Shown here: positions 9,558 to 18,528 of the stretch, piece by piece
How positions within the stretch are numbered: the stretch's first letter is position 1
Layout of the letters: every line of letters starts with the position of its first letter
DNA from: an uncultured Anaeromassilibacillus sp.
GTDB taxonomy: Bacteria; Bacillota; Clostridia; Oscillospirales; Acutalibacteraceae
Reading direction: 5' to 3'
Length of the DNA stretch: 64,000 nucleotides
Assembly: GCA_902472225.1 (NCBI GenBank)
Contig: CABRNB010000001.1
Location: forward strand, 29,315 to 93,314
Notes under the pieces: model-generated
What the model saw: the letters and a program-made list of their open reading frames with translations, nothing else
What the model was told of the DNA's origin: nothing
The model's database searches: none
Position numbers and translations under genes: made by a program

Positions 9558-10670
9558 TTATGCTCTGTACTTGTCTACAACCGCCTTCATATCGTCCCAC
9601 TGCTGTTCCATGTCAGAGACGAGCTTCAACTGGGTACGGCAGCGGTCGAGATTCTGGCCCTCGCGGTGCGTGCGGAAGTAGTGATCGCCCTCAAGATAGT
9701 CGGTCAGGAAGCGGATGCCGCACTCAAGCGTCATGAGCTTCGCGCCCCAGGGCAGATAATCAAGCTCCGCGTCGGTCAGCGCGCCGGCCGCGCCCTCGAG
9801 GTAGCCCCTCGTGTAGACGTCAAAGAGGGAGATGTCGAAGTTGACCTTCGAGAGATCGCGCTCATCCTCCGCGCTGTGGTTTGCGCCGAAACGGATCGAG
9901 TCGCCGAAATCGTTGATCGAAAGCCCCGGCATGACGGTGTCGAGATCAATGACGCAAACCCCCTTGCCGGTGGCGCGATCGATCAGGACATTGTTGAGCT
10001 TCGTATCGTTGTGGGTGACGCGCAGGGGGAGCTTCCCGTCGCGCAGGGCCTGCAGAGCGACGGAGCAGTCAGCCTCGCGGGCGGCGACAAAATCGAGCTC
10101 GGGCTGTACGTCCTTTACGCGGCCCATGGCGTCGGCGGCCACCGCCGCTTTGAGCTTTCTGAGGCGATCCTCCGTGTCATGGAAATGGGGAATCGTCTCA
10201 TACAGCGTGTCGGCGGGATAGTCCTTGAGCATGCGCTGGAAGTTGCCGAAGGCAAAGGCGGAAGCCTCAAAAAGTTCGGGCGTTTCAGCGGCCTGCAGGC
10301 AGACAGTATCCTCAATGAAGGGGTACACACGCCATGCGCCGCCTTCCGCGTCCGAGTAGAAGCTCTTGCCGTCCTTCGTCTGAATGACCTGCATCGTCTC
10401 GCGGGCCGGGTCGCCGCCTGCAGCGGCAATTTCCTTGCTCAGGAAGGAAGTCACGCCCACGATGTTGGCCATGAGCTGATCCGGATGATGAAACGCGCCG
10501 GAGCTGATCCGCTGCAGGATAAAGCGGCGGCAGGGATCCTCGCCGGGCTGGGTATGGACGCAGAAGGTGTCGTTGATGTGGCCCATGCCGTACCGCACGG
10601 CGCCGACAACTTCTCCGCCGAAATCAAACGCGCTGAGCGCGTCCTGGAGATATTGTTCCGCCTGTCCCAT
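9558..10670 (-). CDS. anomeric sugar kinase of the aminoglycoside-phosphotransferase fold (N-acetylhexosamine / N-acetylmuramate 1-kinase, NahK/AmgK-like)
   Basis: 370 aa. APH/ChoK-fold motifs HNDTKLNNVLID (catalytic HxDxxxxN) and DLD (metal binding). RBS GGGAGGA. Lies directly downstream of a sugar-1-P nucleotidyltransferase. Confidence 0.65.
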   Translation of the reverse strand: MGQAEQYLQDALSAFDFGGEVVGAVRYGMGHINDTFCVHTQPGEDPCRRFILQRISSGAFHHPDQLMANIVGVTSFLSKEIAAAGGDPARETMQVIQTKDGKSFYSDAEGGAWRVYPFIEDTVCLQAAETPELFEASAFAFGNFQRMLKDYPADTLYETIPHFHDTEDRLRKLKAAVAADAMGRVKDVQPELDFVAAREADCSVALQALRDGKLPLRVTHNDTKLNNVLIDRATGKGVCVIDLDTVMPGLSINDFGDSIRFGANHSAEDERDLSKVNFDISLFDVYTRGYLEGAAGALTDAELDYLPWGAKLMTLECGIRFLTDYLEGDHYFRTHREGQNLDRCRTQLKLVSDMEQQWDDMKAVVDKYRA

Positions 10671-10676
10671 TTCTTT

Positions 10677-11603
10677 TCAATCCTCCCAAAGATTGTCGGG
10701 GTACAGCCCGCTCGCGGTCATATCGGCGATCGCCTTGACGACGACCGGTTTATCGTCGCGGTACGTTACGCCGTACCATTTGTCCGTGCTGCGCAGCACC
10801 TTGACGCGCGCTTTATTTTCTTCGAGCAGCTGCGTCACGACACTCGGCAGGAAATATTCGCCCTTGAGCGGATTTTCGACAACCGCCTTATCCAGGAAAG
10901 CGGGGAAGCGCTTTTCCGCCTCGTCGATAAAGCTGCGGGTGAAGCCCCACAGGTTCATCGAAACAATGGTGCTGCCGGGAAGCTCCGTCCAGGTTTTGCC
11001 GTCGTCCTCGGTGAAGCGGGCGTTTTCGCCGTCCTTCTCAATGCGGGTGCGCTCGGTGACGCGTACGAGATAGCCGTTTTCGTCCTCCTCGCACACACCG
11101 CGGGCGACGTGGCCGTTCTCCGTGACCGTGTTGCCCAGAAGATAGGCAACCATCGCAAACTCATAGCAATCCGGCTGGTCGGGGTGCTCCTCCAAGTACT
11201 GATAGATGGTGCGGAAAGCATCCGGGCCGTAATAGTCGTCGGCGTTGATGACGGCGAACGGACCGTTGACGACCTTGCGGGCGGCCAGGATGGCATGCGC
11301 CGTGCCCCAGGGCTTTACGCGGCCTTCGGGGATGGAATAGCCTGCCGGAAGGTCAGCGAGCTCCTGATAGGCGTACTCGACATGGATGATCTTCGAGAGT
11401 CTGTCGCCGATGGCGCTCTTGAAGGTTTCCTCGATCTCATGCTTGATGACGAAGACGACTGTCTCGAATCCGGCGCGGCGCGCATCGTAAATCGAGTAGT
11501 CAATGATGAGCTGGTTGTGGTTTCCCACAGGGTCAATCTGCTTCAGTCCTCCGTAGCGGCTTCCCATGCCCGCGGCCATCACAACAAGAACCGGTTTGCT
11601 CAT
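10677..11603 (-). CDS. sugar-1-phosphate nucleotidyltransferase (MurU/UDP-sugar pyrophosphorylase-like)
   Basis: N-terminal VLVVMAAGMGSRYGG-LKQ, the GxGxR nucleotide-binding signature of the NTP_transferase family. Start at MSKP with RBS GGAGAGGA. 6-nt gap to the kinase gene. Confidence 0.65.
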   Translation of the reverse strand: MSKPVLVVMAAGMGSRYGGLKQIDPVGNHNQLIIDYSIYDARRAGFETVVFVIKHEIEETFKSAIGDRLSKIIHVEYAYQELADLPAGYSIPEGRVKPWGTAHAILAARKVVNGPFAVINADDYYGPDAFRTIYQYLEEHPDQPDCYEFAMVAYLLGNTVTENGHVARGVCEEDENGYLVRVTERTRIEKDGENARFTEDDGKTWTELPGSTIVSMNLWGFTRSFIDEAEKRFPAFLDKAVVENPLKGEYFLPSVVTQLLEENKARVKVLRSTDKWYGVTYRDDKPVVVKAIADMTASGLYPDNLWED

Positions 11604-11718
11604 GAAAACCATCCTCTCCAATCAAAATGTTGAACTTGACTCCCCGGAACGCTTTGCCGCGTTCCCTTCTTTCTGCTTTCATTGTAGCCCGAATGCGCCG
11701 GAAAAGAAATAGACAATC

Positions 11719-12627
11719 TTATCCATTGTTTGTACGATCGTCCACAGACGTTCCCGGCAGCTCCGCGAGTATTTTCACACTGTGCGCATATTCGCTTGGC
11801 GTCATACCGGTAATCAGGTGAAAACGCCGGGAAAAATAATGGATGGACTGATAGCCGAGACGAGAGGCAATCTGTGTGAAATTCAGTCTCCCCTCCCGGA
11901 TCAGACGGCGTGCCGCCTGGATTTTCAGACGGCTGAAATATTCCATGACGCCGCCGCCCGTCTGCGCGTGAAAAAGCTTCTGCAGCTGGCTGCGGCCGAT
12001 CAGATTGTCACGGCAGATCTGTTCCATCGTCAGAGTGTTTTCCACATGCTGTTCCAGATAAGCTGTTACCCGCGCGATGGTTTCATCCTGGGAGCCGGTG
12101 GGCAGCGGCTTGACGGCAGGATGATCGCCGTGGCGGATCAGACGAATCAGCAGTTCCTCGAGCGCGGCACAGATCAGCTGTTCGCTGCCGAAGGGCTGTT
12201 CCGTCCTTCGCTCCATCAGGGTCGTATAAGGAGAATTCAGCGGCGTCGAAAAGGCGGCCCGGCTTTCCTCGATGATGCGGGCGAGCAGGGCGCGTTCTTC
12301 CGCTCCCGCGTGTGTGATGAGGTTCCGGAAGAAATCCATGCATGGACTTTGGCACGCAAAGCTCACCACCACGAGATCGGGGGCGACGCCGAGTGCGGAG
12401 AGCGCATGAAACTCACCGGGCTGATGAAAGATCATCTGCCCGGTGGAAAGTTCCCAGGTGCGTTCCCCCGCCGTGACGCGCAGAATTCCTTTGTCTACAT
12501 AGAGAAATTCCCAGAAATCATGGGTTTCGCCCGGAAAAGCGTAGCTGCCGGAATATTCAAAGTAATGCACGGTATAGAGGGCCTCGACGGAAAGAGGCTT
12601 TTGCGGGTGCAGCGGAGTATACGCCAT
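11719..12627 (-). CDS. AraC-family transcriptional regulator (cupin sensor + HTH)
   Basis: C-terminal AraC HTH (IASRLGYQSIHYFSRRFHLITGMTPSEY). Confidence 0.8.
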   Translation of the reverse strand: MAYTPLHPQKPLSVEALYTVHYFEYSGSYAFPGETHDFWEFLYVDKGILRVTAGERTWELSTGQMIFHQPGEFHALSALGVAPDLVVVSFACQSPCMDFFRNLITHAGAEERALLARIIEESRAAFSTPLNSPYTTLMERRTEQPFGSEQLICAALEELLIRLIRHGDHPAVKPLPTGSQDETIARVTAYLEQHVENTLTMEQICRDNLIGRSQLQKLFHAQTGGGVMEYFSRLKIQAARRLIREGRLNFTQIASRLGYQSIHYFSRRFHLITGMTPSEYAHSVKILAELPGTSVDDRTNNG

Positions 12628-12639
12628 GCGGAGCCTCCT

Positions 12640-13500
12640 TTACTTGTCGGACTTTTCCCGCTCGCCGACGCGCCGGAAGCTTTTGCGGTACTCAAGAGGG
12701 CTGATGCCTTCCATGCGCCGGAAGCTCTGCGAAAAGTAGCTCGGAGATGAGAACCCGAGAATTTGCGCGATTTGGGAGAGCGTATGATCGGTGTTGGAGA
12801 GAAGAAAGCGGCTTTCCTGCGTCCGCCGCGCAATGAGGTAGCTGATCGGCGAGACGTTGTATTCTCTCCGGAATGCGTGGACCAGATAGTATTTATTCAT
12901 GTGGGCCACATCCGCAAGCTGATCAAGCGTGAGATTTTCCTTGAAATGGTTATCGATGTACCGCCGTACCAGGCTGCACTCCTTGCTGATTTTGCGCTCC
13001 GGCGTATCCGAGGCAAGGGAAAGGCCGTCCCGGCGCAACAAACGCAGCAGAATCACGTGCAGCAGATGATTGCAGACCGTCTGATATCCAGTCTGCCCGC
13101 CGCGGGCCTCCTGAGTAATCAGGCGCAGGCACCACATGATTTCCTCCCAGCCGGAGTCGAGATGCAGTTTTGCAAAGCCCTCTGTGTCGGCGAGAATTTC
13201 CAGACCGTCCACGCCGAGAACCGTGTATTCCATCGGAGAACCCGCCTGGCTCAGCTCCGTGTGCGGTACCGTCGCGTTTACCACGAGCAAATCGCCGACG
13301 GATACGGGGAAACTTTCTTCCTGCAGCTGAAAGCGCCCTCTTCCGCCGGTTACAAAGAACAGCTCGGCGCAGGAATGGGTGTGGAGTGTGGAGTTCCATT
13401 CCTGACTGAACTGGGCGCAGCTGATATACAGCAGTCTGGCGTTGGATTCTTCGACGGCCGAGCCGTCAGTGGGAGGCATGATGTAGTGGGTGGAATTCAT
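12640..13500 (-). CDS. AraC-family transcriptional regulator (cupin sensor + HTH)
   Basis: C-terminal HTH (IAQILGFSSPSYFSQSFRRMEGISPLEY). Start at MNST with RBS CAGGAGG. Confidence 0.8.
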   Translation of the reverse strand: MNSTHYIMPPTDGSAVEESNARLLYISCAQFSQEWNSTLHTHSCAELFFVTGGRGRFQLQEESFPVSVGDLLVVNATVPHTELSQAGSPMEYTVLGVDGLEILADTEGFAKLHLDSGWEEIMWCLRLITQEARGGQTGYQTVCNHLLHVILLRLLRRDGLSLASDTPERKISKECSLVRRYIDNHFKENLTLDQLADVAHMNKYYLVHAFRREYNVSPISYLIARRTQESRFLLSNTDHTLSQIAQILGFSSPSYFSQSFRRMEGISPLEYRKSFRRVGEREKSDK

Positions 13501-13895
13501 AGATAGACCTCCTGTTGCGTTCGGGGTCTGTACCTTGGCGCACACCTTTCTGTCAAGTATTTTGGACGCAGAACTTCTCTGTGTAATCTACCCAATATTA
13601 TAATGCTTTTTTTGGGATTGTGCAACTTAATTAAAACAATTGTTAGTTATTTTTTCTTTTTTAGGCAAGAAGAAGGGATTTTGTCAAAAGATTTGTACCT
13701 TTACCGTTTTTGAACAAATGTAAAGGAAGGGACACGATGAAAAATGGCTCTGCTAAGCAGGAATGCACAAAAAACCGGCCCCAAAGCGGAATCGTATCCC
13801 TTTTGAGGCAGGTTTTTGCGTTTGACTTTGATTCCTTTGAGCAGATTGCGATCGGATTTTCCTTTTGCGGCAGTCCCTCTTTGGCGCTGTGTCTG

Positions 13896-15230
13896 TCAGC
13901 GAATGGCCTCGAGAGCCGGAATGCGCACAGCCTTGTTGGCCGGGTAGAATCCGGAACCAACGCCGATCAGGACGGAAAACAAGATGGAAAAGCCGTACAG
14001 CCAGAGGGGAATGACGGAAACACGCGAAATGCTTTCTCCGCCCACGATAGCGGGAAGAAGGTTTTCCACAGCGGGAGGCCCGAGAGAGAAAAAGTTAATT
14101 GACGTGGAAACGAGAAAACTGATGAAGCACCCGGACAGCCCTCCGACGAAACCGATGACGGCGGCCTCGAGGAGAAACAGTTTTCGGACGTCGTACACGT
14201 AGCAGCCGAGCGATTTCATGATTCCAATCTCGCGCGTCCGCTCGGAGATGGACGTCATCATCGTATTGGCGATGCCGAGCGCCGCGACGACGAGGGCGAC
14301 GGCGCCAAGTCCCGCGAGCATGAGCTGCTTTTGCCGTGCTTCCTCCTCCATCGGCTTGCGGATGCTCTCCATGGAGTCGGTGGGAAACCCGAGCGTTTTA
14401 ATCTCCTTCTCGGTCGGCGCGACAGCGTCGAGAGCCGCCGTTTTTACCAGGAGAGAGCCGTAGCCCTGCTTTTTGGTTCCCGGCTTTTGTGTTTTGGAAA
14501 GAACGTCCTGCAAATCGGAAAGTGTCATCAGGATGCCTTCCGTCGTTTCGTAGCCTTTGGAGCTGTCCTCCTTCAAAACGCCGACCACCTTGTACGTAAA
14601 AGGAAAGCTTTGGGTTTCTGTCTCCGCAGTCAGGGTGACGGATTGGGAAAGCGGGGAAAAGTACGGATCAGGAGGATTGGAATAGTTTCCGTTTTCATCC
14701 GGTTCTCCGCTCCATCGATCGATGGTGTCGGATCCTTCCGGGCGCAGTGTGTCCCGGAAGGCGTAGGCAAAGTATTCTCCCACGAGAATTTCACCCTTCT
14801 GCTTGGGCCAGCGCCCTTCCTTGAGCCGGTAGCCCATGGCCTCGAGCTGTGCTGTGTCATATCCGGCAACGGTGGCCCAGTCCGTCCGAAAACGCCCGTT
14901 CGCTCCGGTTTGCAGGGAAACGGACACGCCGTCAAGCTCCTGCTTGGGGGTAACGGCCTGTACGCCGCGCATGGATCGGAGCTTTGCAATGAGCGCGTCG
15001 TCGAGCTGCTGTTTCCCGCGTCCCTTCTGCGGCGGCGTGACGGTAATGATGGTCAGATCTCCCATTTGCGACAGCAGACGTTCCTGGGACTCCCGCATTC
15101 CGAAGCCGATAGACGCCATCACGACGATGGAGCAGCAGCCGATGACAACGCCGAGCACAGTCAGCATGGTGCGCGACTTTCGCCGCAGAAGATTCTGCAC
15201 ACAGGTGCGGATCAGATCGTTTCGGTTCAT
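13896..15230 (-). CDS. ABC transporter permease, FtsX/MacB type
   Basis: 444 aa. N-terminal TM, large extracytoplasmic loop, three C-terminal TMs. Characteristic N-terminus ...LRRKSRTMLTVLGVVIG. Confidence 0.8.
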   Translation of the reverse strand: MNRNDLIRTCVQNLLRRKSRTMLTVLGVVIGCCSIVVMASIGFGMRESQERLLSQMGDLTIITVTPPQKGRGKQQLDDALIAKLRSMRGVQAVTPKQELDGVSVSLQTGANGRFRTDWATVAGYDTAQLEAMGYRLKEGRWPKQKGEILVGEYFAYAFRDTLRPEGSDTIDRWSGEPDENGNYSNPPDPYFSPLSQSVTLTAETETQSFPFTYKVVGVLKEDSSKGYETTEGILMTLSDLQDVLSKTQKPGTKKQGYGSLLVKTAALDAVAPTEKEIKTLGFPTDSMESIRKPMEEEARQKQLMLAGLGAVALVVAALGIANTMMTSISERTREIGIMKSLGCYVYDVRKLFLLEAAVIGFVGGLSGCFISFLVSTSINFFSLGPPAVENLLPAIVGGESISRVSVIPLWLYGFSILFSVLIGVGSGFYPANKAVRIPALEAIR

Positions 15231-15233
15231 ACC

Positions 15234-17363
15234 TCATTCCTCCGTCTTCCCGGGATCTTCCGGTTCGGATTCCGGGTCTTCCCATTCGCTCCATGCAGCG
15301 TCCGTTTCCTGCGGTTTGTTCCTTTTGCGGCGGATCAGGATGGCGGCCGCCACCGCGAGAAAGACCGCCGCTCCGGTGCCGCCGAGAACGGGAAGCCACG
15401 GGAAGCCGCTTTCCTCCGGTTCCTCCTGGGGGGAATCGTTGTCAAGCATGGCGTCGATGGAGGGATCCTCCGCGATCAGCTCCACGGGAAATTCCTTTGT
15501 CTGCACTTTTTCGTTTGCGTCCTCGTACGTCACTTTGATGACCAGCGGGAGCACACCCGCCTCCTGCGGCGTAAACACAAAGCCGATGCTGCCGCTCGCG
15601 CCCGCGCCGATGTTGCCCACATATTGCGTTTTGGACGGCGTCTCGACGCCCTCGCCCTCCACCGTAGCTTCCACGTTGGCGATCTCTCCCTTTCCTTTGT
15701 TGACGTACGGGAGCGTCAAAACGGCTTCCTCGCCTACGGACAGGGACTCAGGCGGCTTCGGCTCGCTGATCTCGAGGCGGTCCGGCTGCACAACGGGCAT
15801 GGAAAGCCGGACGTCTTCGCTTGCCGAAGCCCGTTTTCCCGCATCGACGTATTCGTATTTGAAGGAGAGAGAAACGCTCTGCGCGCCGCTTTTTGCGCCC
15901 GGCAGAGCCTGCAGGGGAAGCGTCTGCTCCTGTTTGGCTCCGGCGGCAAGGGAAGTGTAGAAAAAGCTGCTGGTTCCACCGGAGATGGTGAAGTTTTCTC
16001 CGCCGTCGACCGTCATGAGGACGTTCTCGATGGGGAGCTTTCCCGTGTTCTCAAAGCGGAAGCGAAGTTCGAAATCGCTTCCGGCGTCGACGCTCTCCCC
16101 GCCGAAGGAAAAGTCGGAGACGACCACATGCGGCACCGGGGCTTCCGTGCTCTCTTTTCCCGCGGCGGACGAGGCCGCTGCGGCGGGGATCGTCAGACGG
16201 TCGGAGGAGTCGCCCTGCGTCATCGTGCCGGAAGCGTCATAGGAGTACTTGAGCTCCGTCTGGATCGACTGGTTGGCGGAGGAAATTTCCGGGAGCGCCC
16301 GGAGCTTGAGCGTTACGGAGGCACTCTTGCCCGGCTCCAGGTCGGGAAGGAGGGTGCTGCCCGTGCTGCTCTCGATCAGCAGAGACTCGGATGGGGTGAA
16401 CGAGGCCAGCGGGGAGAGAAGTTTGGTGCTTCCCATGTTGAGGAAGGTTACGGTGAGTTCCGCCGTTTCGCCTGCAGCGATTGGCTTTTTGAGCTCGGAG
16501 CGCGACGCAAGCACGACAGGCGGAGCTGTGCTGCCGGATACGGCGGCCGCCACGGGTAACTTTTCTGAGACGCTCGCCTGCGCGTCCGCGACATTGTTGA
16601 AGTAGGTGAATTTGAGATCGGCCTGGAGGGACTGGTTCGGAGACGAGACGGACGCAAGAGCCCGGATTTTGACTTTGACAGAGCCGGTCTGCTTGCCCCT
16701 GATGGCGTCGAGGAGGAAGGAATACGAACCGCCGGGGATGGTCAGGGAATCCGAGGGGGTGAAGGTAACGACCGGGGAACGCAGCTCGAGGTCGCTCAGG
16801 TTGCGGAAGGAGACGGTCAGCTCCGTTTCCCCGCCGGGGGCGAGAGGCTCCTTCTGTTCGCTGCAGGAGATCAGTACCATCGGCTCGGCCGCGGGGGAGT
16901 CGTTGTCCGTCTTCGGCTTGTCCTCGGTTATGCCTGCTTCCGCGATCGTTAATTCGATGAGCTGCGGAACGCCGCTGTCCCTGGGGGTGATCTGAAAGCG
17001 CAGGGCCTGGCCCGTCCCGGAATATTTGAGTTTGGAGAAGCGTACGCGCAGTTCAAGAGGGTCGGAGCCAGTGGATTTTTTCTCCACGGAGACACTGCCG
17101 CCGGAAAAGCTGTCGATCAGTTTGCTGAAATCGTAGTTGGACGGCTGGAACGTGTCCGCGGTGAGGGAGACGTTCTTGACGAAAACGGTGATGTCCGTGG
17201 CCGCGCCGCGTGTGAGACGGCCCTTGGAGATTGTGTAGCCGGTAGCAAAGAAGGAACCCTCTCCCGATTCCGGGGAATCAGCGAAAACGGGGAGGCACAG
17301 GGAGAACAGAAGAGCGGCGGCGAGCACAAGGGCCGCGGCCTTTTTGAAGATGACAGGACGCAT
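15234..17363 (-). CDS. secreted, C-terminally membrane-anchored repeat protein (CARDB/COG1361-like about 95-aa Ig-like repeats) associated with the ABC exporter
   Basis: Signal peptide MRPVIFKKAAALVLAAALLFSLCLPVFA. At least 4 internal repeats (GETAELTVTFxNxGxxxL...SxTLLPDLEPGKSASVTLKLRAL...). C-terminal TM helix plus acidic tail. RBS AAAGGAGGT. Confidence 0.7.
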   Translation of the reverse strand: MRPVIFKKAAALVLAAALLFSLCLPVFADSPESGEGSFFATGYTISKGRLTRGAATDITVFVKNVSLTADTFQPSNYDFSKLIDSFSGGSVSVEKKSTGSDPLELRVRFSKLKYSGTGQALRFQITPRDSGVPQLIELTIAEAGITEDKPKTDNDSPAAEPMVLISCSEQKEPLAPGGETELTVSFRNLSDLELRSPVVTFTPSDSLTIPGGSYSFLLDAIRGKQTGSVKVKIRALASVSSPNQSLQADLKFTYFNNVADAQASVSEKLPVAAAVSGSTAPPVVLASRSELKKPIAAGETAELTVTFLNMGSTKLLSPLASFTPSESLLIESSTGSTLLPDLEPGKSASVTLKLRALPEISSANQSIQTELKYSYDASGTMTQGDSSDRLTIPAAAASSAAGKESTEAPVPHVVVSDFSFGGESVDAGSDFELRFRFENTGKLPIENVLMTVDGGENFTISGGTSSFFYTSLAAGAKQEQTLPLQALPGAKSGAQSVSLSFKYEYVDAGKRASASEDVRLSMPVVQPDRLEISEPKPPESLSVGEEAVLTLPYVNKGKGEIANVEATVEGEGVETPSKTQYVGNIGAGASGSIGFVFTPQEAGVLPLVIKVTYEDANEKVQTKEFPVELIAEDPSIDAMLDNDSPQEEPEESGFPWLPVLGGTGAAVFLAVAAAILIRRKRNKPQETDAAWSEWEDPESEPEDPGKTEE

Positions 17364-17368
17364 CGGCG

Positions 17369-18085
17369 TTACCTCCTTTTCTGAATTTCATCTCCGACAA
17401 TCGCGCCGTCAATCAGGTGAACGACACGGTCGGCGTATGATGCCATCTCGGGGTCGTGTGTGACGAGTACAATGGTCTGGTGATAGGTTCGTGCAAATCC
17501 GCAGATCATTTCCATGATCTCCACGGTCGTTTTGGAGTCGAGATTGCCTGTCGGCTCGTCGGCGAAGACGACGTCGGGGCGTGCGATAAAGGCGCGGGCA
17601 ATGCCGGCGCGCTGCTGTTGGCCGCCGGATGTCTGACCGGGAAAGTGATCGAGGCGGTGGGCGAGACCCACGCGGCACAGAAGCTGCCGGGCCATTTTTT
17701 CCCTTTTGGCCCGCGGTACGCCGCGGAACATCAGCGGCATCGCCACGTTTTCCGTGATGGTCAGGTACGGCAGAAGATTGTATGCCTGAAACACGAAGCC
17801 GAGATGGTTTTGTCGGAAGGCCGCCAGCTCATTCTCGTTCATGCGGGAGACGCACGCGCCTCCGATCCGTACTTCGCCGCGGGTCGGTTTTTCCATGCCG
17901 GCGAGCTGGTTGAGCAGCGTGCTTTTTCCGGAACCGGAGGTGCCGAAGATACAGCAGATCTCCCCGCGCATGATCTGCAGATTGATGTTTCCGAGTGCGA
18001 CAACCGTCTCGCTTCCGAGCGGATACTCCTTGCGCAGATTGCGCACTTCAATGATAGGTCTGTCACGCGGACTGATGGCTCCCAT
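17369..18085 (-). CDS. ABC transporter ATP-binding protein (MacB/LolD-like)
   Basis: Walker [10 protein letters not shown], signature [14 protein letters not shown], Walker [13 protein letters not shown]. Confidence 0.9.
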   Translation of the reverse strand: MGAISPRDRPIIEVRNLRKEYPLGSETVVALGNINLQIMRGEICCIFGTSGSGKSTLLNQLAGMEKPTRGEVRIGGACVSRMNENELAAFRQNHLGFVFQAYNLLPYLTITENVAMPLMFRGVPRAKREKMARQLLCRVGLAHRLDHFPGQTSGGQQQRAGIARAFIARPDVVFADEPTGNLDSKTTVEIMEMICGFARTYHQTIVLVTHDPEMASYADRVVHLIDGAIVGDEIQKRR

Positions 18086-18305
18086 CGCCCCGCCTCCTTT
18101 TCCGAGCGCTGTTTCTGTGATGTTTTTCCGGGCGGGGGAACAGGCTGTCCGTTATTCCCCGTCCTTTGCACCTATCGTACCTCTTTTCTCTTGCGGGGAC
18201 CTTGAGGAAACCTAAAGATTTGTTAAGGTTCGGAAAAAGAAGGAAGGGATTGTCGAAAAAGAAAAAACCAACATCTGTCTGCGCAAAAGAATAGAAGCCA
18301 ACAAG

Positions 18306-18368
18306 AAAAACCGGCCTGAAAAGGGGCGGTTCGCTTCCTTTTCAGGCCGGTTTTTGTGCTTTTTTTAG
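18306..18368 (-). terminator. rho-independent terminator downstream of the histidine kinase gene (perfect stem, T-runs on both sides)
   Basis: AAAAACCGGCCTGAAAAGG-loop-CCTTTTCAGGCCGGTTTTT. Two further hairpins at 18466-18486 and 18489-18510. Confidence 0.7.
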
Positions 18369-18528
18369 TGCGGCTATTTTGCAGCAGCTTTCGAAGAGAA
18401 ACAGTAAAAGAGAGACCGTAAAACAGAAAAATTCCGAAATGAAATTTTCGGTCAAGCCTTTTATAAAAGGCTTGCGGGTTATCCAAAAGGGCAGCGCCCT
18501 TTTGGTTCTTCGCCGCGCGGCTTGCTGT

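Noticed and set aside
9459-11633. 724-aa ORF on the plus strand
   Set aside because: It is antisense to the kinase and nucleotidyltransferase genes and has a low-complexity Arg/Ala/Gly-rich translation typical of a high-GC antisense frame. No RBS.
13710-14102. 130-aa plus-strand ORF with an apparent RBS in the AraC/permease intergenic region
   Set aside because: It runs through the permease terminator hairpin and into the permease coding region on the opposite strand. The composition is not protein-like.
14331-16559. 742-aa ORF on the plus strand
   Set aside because: It is antisense to the ABC permease and repeat-protein genes. The translation is R/G/A-rich and non-protein-like.
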